A DNA stretch of 32,000 bases. It comes from Pasteurella multocida. Its GTDB lineage: Bacteria; Pseudomonadota; Gammaproteobacteria; Enterobacterales; Pasteurellaceae. A program made the position numbers and the translations under genes. Positions within the stretch are counted from its first letter, which is position 1, and every line of letters begins with the position of its first letter. Below are positions 27,274 to 32,000 of this stretch, piece after piece. The DNA is taken from the NCBI RefSeq assembly GCF_900187275.1, contig NZ_LT906458.1:600001-632000 (forward strand), in the 5' to 3' direction. Below the pieces are notes generated by a model. The model did not search any database. It was not told where the DNA came from and worked only from the letters and a program-made list of their open reading frames with translations.

Positions 27274-27395
27274 TCTCACGAATAACTGCCACCACCTGTG
27301 GCTTTTTTAAAAAATAAATCAATAACCGACTAAACATAAACACCTCCTTTTTTCTGTTGGTTTATGGTTGGCTTGTTGTTGATGTGGTAGATTAT

Positions 27396-27413
27396 TGCAT
27401 TCAATCGAATGCA
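27396..27413. promoter_or_regulatory. Candidate repressor operator
   Basis: TGCATTC AATC GAATGCA, 7-bp perfect inverted repeat upstream of the HTH repressor gene. Confidence 0.5.
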
Positions 27414-27449
27414 TTTCAAGTATTTATTTGAGATCATTTTGAGGTTTTT

Positions 27450-27860
27450 ATGACTACAGTTGGTGAGCGCTTAAAAAATGAGCGAGAAAAATTAAAATTG
27501 ACACAAGAACAATTAGGGGCAATTGGCGGTGTAAAAAGACTAGCTCAAGCAAATTATGAGAGCGGAAAAAGAATACCTGATGCCAGATACCTAGCCGAAA
27601 TAGCAAAAGTAGGGATGGATATAATGTATGTCCTATTCGGTGAGCGTGCCAACACCGCCATCAACGATGAAGAACTACTCCTGCTCCATAAATTCCGCAA
27701 CGCCGACCCAGCAGTGCGTAAATTTATGCTTGGTGAAGGTGTTGCAAAGTCAACAATGAGAATTAAAGGAGATAGAAATAAGCAGAACAAACGTACTAAT
27801 GAGCAATGTTCAATGGAAATTGAAGGTAATAACAATATTCAAATAGCTAATAAAAAATAA
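27450..27860 (+). CDS. Phage repressor, XRE/CI-type HTH protein
   Basis: MTTVGERLKNEREKLKLTQEQLGAIGGVKRLAQANYESGKRIPDARYLAEIAKVGMDIMYVLFG. Confidence 0.85.
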   Translation: MTTVGERLKNEREKLKLTQEQLGAIGGVKRLAQANYESGKRIPDARYLAEIAKVGMDIMYVLFGERANTAINDEELLLLHKFRNADPAVRKFMLGEGVAKSTMRIKGDRNKQNKRTNEQCSMEIEGNNNIQIANKK

Positions 27861-27890
27861 TTTTCTATGAAATTGGTCTAGGAGGATGCT

Positions 27891-28418
27891 ATGTCGATGA
27901 AAATCAAAGGAAACAATAATGTTCAAGTACATTTTAATGAATTTAACATTAACACTATTTTTAGCGATCAACAGTGTCATGGTAATCAGCAAATAGACTT
28001 AACTTTGTTTACAGATAAACAATTGAAGGATGTAAAGCGTAAATTACGTAATGAAAGAATTAAAATTTTATTTAGTGCACTATCACAGAAAGACATCAAG
28101 AGAGTGTTTTTTGGATATTTCATTTTTATTTTTATTTTGAACTGCATTCCAAGATTTTCAAATGAATATGATGTTGAATTATCTTCTTTTGTCTTAAATA
28201 TTGGAATTGCTGTGGGTATTTTTGGTGCATTTATCCTTTGGGCTAGTTGGCTTTGTAAAAAAATGTCTTTTTCTAACAAAGCGATAGATGTTTTATTTAA
28301 AGTAAATCAAAGAAAACAAGACATTATAGAAAAAGAATTACAGCGACGTTTTAATGAATACTGGGCAAGGAAATGTGGTATTAAGAAAGATATTCTGGAA
28401 TATTTTGATAATGATTAA
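27891..28418 (+). CDS. Hypothetical two-TM membrane protein with N-terminal GNNNVQV motif
   Basis: ORF directly downstream of the repressor; two hydrophobic segments (VFFGYFIFIFILNCIP; FVLNIGIAVGIFGAFILWASWLC). Confidence 0.7.
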   Translation: MSMKIKGNNNVQVHFNEFNINTIFSDQQCHGNQQIDLTLFTDKQLKDVKRKLRNERIKILFSALSQKDIKRVFFGYFIFIFILNCIPRFSNEYDVELSSFVLNIGIAVGIFGAFILWASWLCKKMSFSNKAIDVLFKVNQRKQDIIEKELQRRFNEYWARKCGIKKDILEYFDND

Positions 28419-28430
28419 AGGGAGTGAAAT

Positions 28431-29021
28431 ATGAAAAAAATAGTAATCTTAATTACTTTGCTGTTTCCATTTATGGTTTTGTCTGCACCAGTTGATGGCT
28501 ATAAGGATTTAAAATTTGGTATGACATTAGAACAAGTACGGAATACTAAACTATGTGATAGTGGATGGCGAACACCTAAACTCAATGAATGGCAGAAAGT
28601 GATCAGAAGTCACTGGATGTGCGATCAGTTTCTTTTTAATAATGGGCATACTTTTGCTGTAGTTCGTTTTATTGGAGGTGAACTTAGTGAAATTGAAATT
28701 GAGATACCAGAATATCCTAAATATACGATAGATGAGCTATCCAATGCATTAACAGAAAAATATGGAAAGCCCATTATAGAAAAAATAGATTTGATAGAAA
28801 AGGATATAAAAGAAGGTCGAACCAAAAAACGTAAAAAAGATGAAAGTAAATTACTTGAACGGCGTAGATTTGCTGACGATACCGTTTCACTACGCTTTTT
28901 TACTTATAACGGTAAAGTTGAGCTTCCAACTCTCTTTTACTCAGTACCGAATATAAAAAAATACTCTGATACTGAAGAATCAAATAAAGCTGAAAAGAAA
29001 GCTCTCATAGATTCACTTTGA
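28431..29021 (+). CDS. Hypothetical exported protein
   Basis: Signal peptide MKKIVILITLLFPFMVLSA; ORF starts 12 nt after the previous gene. Confidence 0.7.
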   Translation: MKKIVILITLLFPFMVLSAPVDGYKDLKFGMTLEQVRNTKLCDSGWRTPKLNEWQKVIRSHWMCDQFLFNNGHTFAVVRFIGGELSEIEIEIPEYPKYTIDELSNALTEKYGKPIIEKIDLIEKDIKEGRTKKRKKDESKLLERRRFADDTVSLRFFTYNGKVELPTLFYSVPNIKKYSDTEESNKAEKKALIDSL

Positions 29022-29078
29022 AATAAGTTATAAGCAACAAGTACATACTTAACAGGCTGATTTAATTGAGGTAATGTT

Positions 29079-29318
29079 ATGAATACTGATTTCTTGGAAC
29101 GTTTGGAATATGCCGTAAATATGGAAGAGAAGAACCTAATGCTTGATAGTAATATTTTTACTGAGTTTCCCAGTATTGAACAATTAAATGCGTTTATTCA
29201 AAAAGAGAAACCAACTCTTTCGTTAAATATTACAGTTATTAAACCTCTTGAACATTTTTCTGAAGGAACTAGTCAAGGAATGAGTAAAATTGATGTTATT
29301 CATATTGAATGGGAGTAA
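29079..29318 (+). CDS. Small acidic hypothetical protein
   Basis: 79-aa ORF, third in line with the two preceding genes, followed by a terminator. Confidence 0.6.
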   Translation: MNTDFLERLEYAVNMEEKNLMLDSNIFTEFPSIEQLNAFIQKEKPTLSLNITVIKPLEHFSEGTSQGMSKIDVIHIEWE

Positions 29319-29344
29319 AAATTACTGTTTTTCTTGTGGTAATG

Positions 29345-29376
29345 GAGGCAAGTCATAAGGCTTGCCTCTTGGTTTT
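29345..29376 (+). terminator. Intrinsic terminator separating the accessory genes from the late region
   Basis: GAGGCAAG (29345-29352) / CTTGCCTC (29361-29368) then TTGGTTTT. Confidence 0.75.
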
Positions 29377-29559
29377 ATATGTGAAAAAGGTTCATAAATC
29401 AACATAGTCAATTCTCGCTTGTGTTTTTGTTGTACACTATGCCTAAATCTCTCCTAAAATTATTCTAGACGTGTCCAAAATACATCTGACGCAATAAAAG
29501 TCATACTGAAATTCCTTATTAATTGATTTTCAAATCAACCCTAAACCAAGGAGTTTCTT

Positions 29560-29931
29560 ATGTTTTTTAGTGGCTTTATCAAAGCAATCAAAGCTGGGCG
29601 TTTACTTTCGTGGTTAGTCTCAGCATTAGCCTTACTCACGTTAATTACACTCATCTCTCCACATCAATTACCTATCGTAGTTTATAAGCTTGCACTGGTT
29701 TCTATTGCCGCTATTGTAGGCTATCACTTAGACAGAGCCCTTTTTCCTTATTCAAGCCCTGGTGGCTATTTAAAGCGAAACTGGAAGAATAAATATCGGC
29801 TCACACCACGTGTTGACAATGAACCAGAATATGCCGTTTGTGATGGTTATTTAATAGTATTTGCGTTAGTTGTTTTACGGCGTGCTGTGATTGTCGGTGC
29901 GGTGATGTTAGGTGTCACGCTAGGGATTTAA
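29560..29931 (+). CDS. Putative holin
   Basis: 123-aa protein with 3 hydrophobic segments immediately upstream of the lysozyme gene; AAGGAG upstream. Confidence 0.6.
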   Translation: MFFSGFIKAIKAGRLLSWLVSALALLTLITLISPHQLPIVVYKLALVSIAAIVGYHLDRALFPYSSPGGYLKRNWKNKYRLTPRVDNEPEYAVCDGYLIVFALVVLRRAVIVGAVMLGVTLGI

Positions 29932-29932
29932 T

Positions 29933-30532
29933 ATGCGAAGACTTTATGCCTTATTCATCGTTTTGGTTGCACTTGTTATTAGTCCTGTATTTGCAACAAG
30001 TACGCAATACAAGCGTGTCTTAACGCAAGAAAGTCATGCAAACTGGGGCTTAAATGCCCCAATTGCAGTCTTTGCGGCACAAGTTCATCAAGAGTCAAAC
30101 TGGAATGTAAAAGCCATCTCGCCTGTTGGCGCACAAGGCTTAACGCAATTCATGCCATCAACGGCAAAATGGATAGCTCAACGCTATCCCTCACTTGCCA
30201 TAAATCAGCCATTTAACCCTAACTGGGCGCTTCGAGCTTTAGTCGTTTACAACAAATACCACTACGACAAGATTGCCGCAAAAACGGAATGTGACCGCAT
30301 TGCATTTACGTTATCAGCGTATAACGGTGGCTTAGGTTGGGTGCAGCGTGACAAGAAGAAAGCCCAAGCACAAGGGTTGGATCCCTTGTTGTACTGGAAT
30401 AACGTCGAACAAGTAAATGCTGGTCGAAGTCGGGCTAATTTTGCTGAAAACCGTGGCTATCCAAAACGAATTATCTACTACTGGCAGCCACGCTATATAA
30501 CCTGGGGAAATACCGTATGTTTGCACGATTAA
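29933..30532 (+). CDS. Lytic transglycosylase (SLT) endolysin, with signal peptide/anchor
   Basis: AAQVHQESNWNVKAISPVGAQGLTQFMPSTAKWIAQRYP and FTLSAYNGGLGWV. Confidence 0.9.
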   Translation: MRRLYALFIVLVALVISPVFATSTQYKRVLTQESHANWGLNAPIAVFAAQVHQESNWNVKAISPVGAQGLTQFMPSTAKWIAQRYPSLAINQPFNPNWALRALVVYNKYHYDKIAAKTECDRIAFTLSAYNGGLGWVQRDKKKAQAQGLDPLLYWNNVEQVNAGRSRANFAENRGYPKRIIYYWQPRYITWGNTVCLHD

Positions 30533-30963
30533 TTAAAGGACTGTTTAGTAGTAGCCTTGGTAAGCATTTGATTAATGGCATATTAATTGCTGTAGTCTCT
30601 ATTTGGGGCTACTACCAAGCCTATAAAAGTGGTTATCAAGCGTCTCGTTTAGAATTTGAAATTATTAAAAACCAAGTGGTACAGGCGCAGTTACTTGCGC
30701 TGGATAAACAAATTAAACAAGCCAATCAAGCGAATTTAGCCCTAAGTGAAAATTTAGGGCGTTATCAGCAACTGGGAGATAAGACCACAGATGAATTACA
30801 AAAAATATTGGCAAAAACAAATGAACTACGTCGCCATTGCCAGTTTAATGCTGACAGCATGCACGCACTCAATCTCGCCCGCACCCGTGCAGCCCAAGCA
30901 GTTACCCGCGGTATTGGCAATACCATGTCAAGCACCAGTGCCATTACCAATGAATCAAAGTGA
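30517..30963 (+). CDS. Rz-like inner-membrane spanin (i-spanin)
   Basis: One N-terminal TM then a charged/coiled periplasmic domain; overlaps the endolysin gene end and contains an out-of-frame lipoprotein gene. Confidence 0.75.
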   Translation: MFARLIKGLFSSSLGKHLINGILIAVVSIWGYYQAYKSGYQASRLEFEIIKNQVVQAQLLALDKQIKQANQANLALSENLGRYQQLGDKTTDELQKILAKTNELRRHCQFNADSMHALNLARTRAAQAVTRGIGNTMSSTSAITNESK

Positions 30964-31063
30964 TGCGGTATTCATCGCATTAAAGCAAATGTATGACTTA
31001 TATGGCGAATGCGCGGGACGGCATATTGAATTAATAAACTATATTATCAGGGAGGAAAAATGA
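30791..31063 (+). CDS. Rz1-like outer-membrane lipoprotein spanin (o-spanin)
   Basis: Lipobox LTAC in IASLMLTACTHSISPAPVQPKQLP; proline-rich; starts inside Rz in another frame and extends beyond it. Confidence 0.75.
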   Translation: MNYKKYWQKQMNYVAIASLMLTACTHSISPAPVQPKQLPAVLAIPCQAPVPLPMNQSDAVFIALKQMYDLYGECAGRHIELINYIIREEK

Positions 31064-31410
31064 TTGAGGTTGGGGGCTGGCAAGTGATCACTTTCTTTGT
31101 GAGTCTTGTCATTACAATTATCGGCATGTTGATTGGTTTCGGTAAGCTTTTACTCTCACAATTTGAGGCAAAACTGAATGAAAAATTTAAATTCAGTGAA
31201 GAACGATACAGACAACTGCATGATGATATTAAAGCAGCTAAAGACTTATCTGAAGCAGCGAATAAAACAGTGACAGAGTTAAAAACATCATTACCACTTG
31301 ATTACCAGCGTCGAGAAGACGCAGTGCGTAGTGAAACAGTCAATTCGGCACGTTATGACACAATTAACGAAAAGCTGGATAAAGTCATTTTAATGTATGG
31401 ACGGAGCTAA
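31060..31410 (+). CDS. DUF2730-like phage protein
   Basis: One TM then KLNEKFKFSEERYRQLHDDIKAAKDLSEAANKTVTEL...; position between lysis and morphogenesis genes. Confidence 0.6.
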   Translation: MIEVGGWQVITFFVSLVITIIGMLIGFGKLLLSQFEAKLNEKFKFSEERYRQLHDDIKAAKDLSEAANKTVTELKTSLPLDYQRREDAVRSETVNSARYDTINEKLDKVILMYGRS

Positions 31411-31411
31411 C

Positions 31412-31717
31412 ATGATTGAATTTGACAAAAACAAACGCGAGCACATTCGGTGGCTTATTTTATTAACACTTGACCACGCACGTCCTATCGGAGCCGCAGA
31501 AAGTCTTATTTTAAGCACGATCCAATGTGTGCCAATGCAATTAACGGCATTAGAACTTAGACGTGAATTAGATTACTTAGCAGGTAAAGAACTCATTTGC
31601 ATCACAGGTCGTGAAACCATGCGTTGGCATGCCAAACTCACAAGTAAAGGTATTGACGTTGTGGAATATACCGCGCCTGTTGGCGCTGGGATTGCTCGTC
31701 CAGAAAAATATTGGTAA
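31412..31717 (+). CDS. Hypothetical Mu-like phage protein, possible winged helix
   Basis: IEFDKNKREHIRWLILLTLDHARPIGAAESLILSTIQ...LTALELRRELDYLAGKELICITGRETMRWHAKLTSKGIDVVEY. Internal ATG at 31412 chosen. Confidence 0.7.
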   Translation: MIEFDKNKREHIRWLILLTLDHARPIGAAESLILSTIQCVPMQLTALELRRELDYLAGKELICITGRETMRWHAKLTSKGIDVVEYTAPVGAGIARPEKYW

Positions 31718-31728
31718 TGGAGGTATCT

Positions 31729-32000
31729 ATGCCAAAACGTTCTACGGTAAAAGCATTACCTCAATCAATTAGAGATTGGCTTGATTCTGCACTAGTTGAA
31801 AATAATTTTAGTGGTTATCGTGAGCTTGAAGATGAACTTAAAAAGCGTGGTTATGACATTTCAAAAAGTGCAGTCCATCGCTACGGGCAAAAGCTTGAAC
31901 AACGTCTCGCGTCAATAAAAGCAAGTGCCGAAGCCGCTAAAGTTATTTCTGAAAATATCAGTAATGAAAAAGGTGTCCAAAGTGATGCGATTTTAGAAAT
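31729..32000 (+). CDS. Mu gp27-like protein (DUF3486), 3' truncated by window edge
   Basis: Read by eye from ATG 31729: MPKRSTVKALPQSIRDWLDSALVENNFSGYRELEDELKKRGYDISKSAVHRYGQKLEQRLASIKASAEAAKVISEN; GGAGG upstream. Confidence 0.85.
   Translation, partial: MPKRSTVKALPQSIRDWLDSALVENNFSGYRELEDELKKRGYDISKSAVHRYGQKLEQRLASIKASAEAAKVISENISNEKGVQSDAILE

Larger units (their letters stand above)
17943..32000. mobile_element. Mu-like transposable prophage (BcepMu-type divergent layout); left boundary approximate, right end outside window
   Basis: MuA-type DDE transposase, MuB-type AAA ATPase, GemA and Mor family proteins, repressor, lysis cassette, DUF2730- and DUF3486/gp27-like genes. Confidence 0.9.

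Noticed and set aside
27554-27835. Minus-strand 93-aa ORF
   Set aside because: Antisense to the HTH repressor.
27986-28825. Minus-strand ORFs of 97 and 66 aa
   Set aside because: Antisense to the accessory genes, low complexity.
30332-30950. Minus-strand ORFs of 64 and 61 aa in the lysis cassette
   Set aside because: Antisense to endolysin and spanin genes.

Overview
The window is a Pasteurellaceae-type chromosome segment. It carries Hin-type DNA uptake signal cores (AAGTGCGGT) and a thrS/infC/rpmI/rplT core. A transposable Mu-like prophage runs from about 18 kb through the right edge.

Chromosomal part (1-~17.9 kb): 3' end of putA; an exported hypothetical protein; a membrane pentapeptide-repeat protein; a DppA/OppA-type binding protein; thrS; a TauE/SafE permease; a YidK/YidJ-like symporter + sulfatase pair; a Crp/Fnr-type regulator + anaerobic sulfatase maturase + mutarotase operon; infC with an AUU start; rpmI-rplT; and a small YadA-anchor ORF that appears frameshifted.

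Prophage part (~18.0 kb to >32 kb): the early block (Cro-like, HTH, MuA, MuB, DUF3164-like, GemA, Mor) is on the minus strand. The repressor, a three-gene accessory cluster, holin/lysozyme/Rz/Rz1 and the first morphogenesis genes are on the plus strand. This divergent layout differs from classical Mu and resembles BcepMu-type phages.

Most interesting signals: (1) a thrS leader with two hairpins whose 7-nt loops look like tRNA-Thr anticodon loops, one built from an inverted pair of uptake signals; (2) a complex infC-rpmI spacer with a terminator, a 26-bp perfect palindrome and repeated GCCTGA motifs fitting L20 autoregulation; (3) a 14-bp perfect inverted repeat before the Crp-like/anSME operon; (4) three uncharacterised genes between repressor and lysis cassette; (5) a passenger-less YadA anchor ORF and tandem 23-mers in its upstream spacer. 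No CRISPR array, rRNA or tRNA gene was recognised. All structures were read by eye and need computation.
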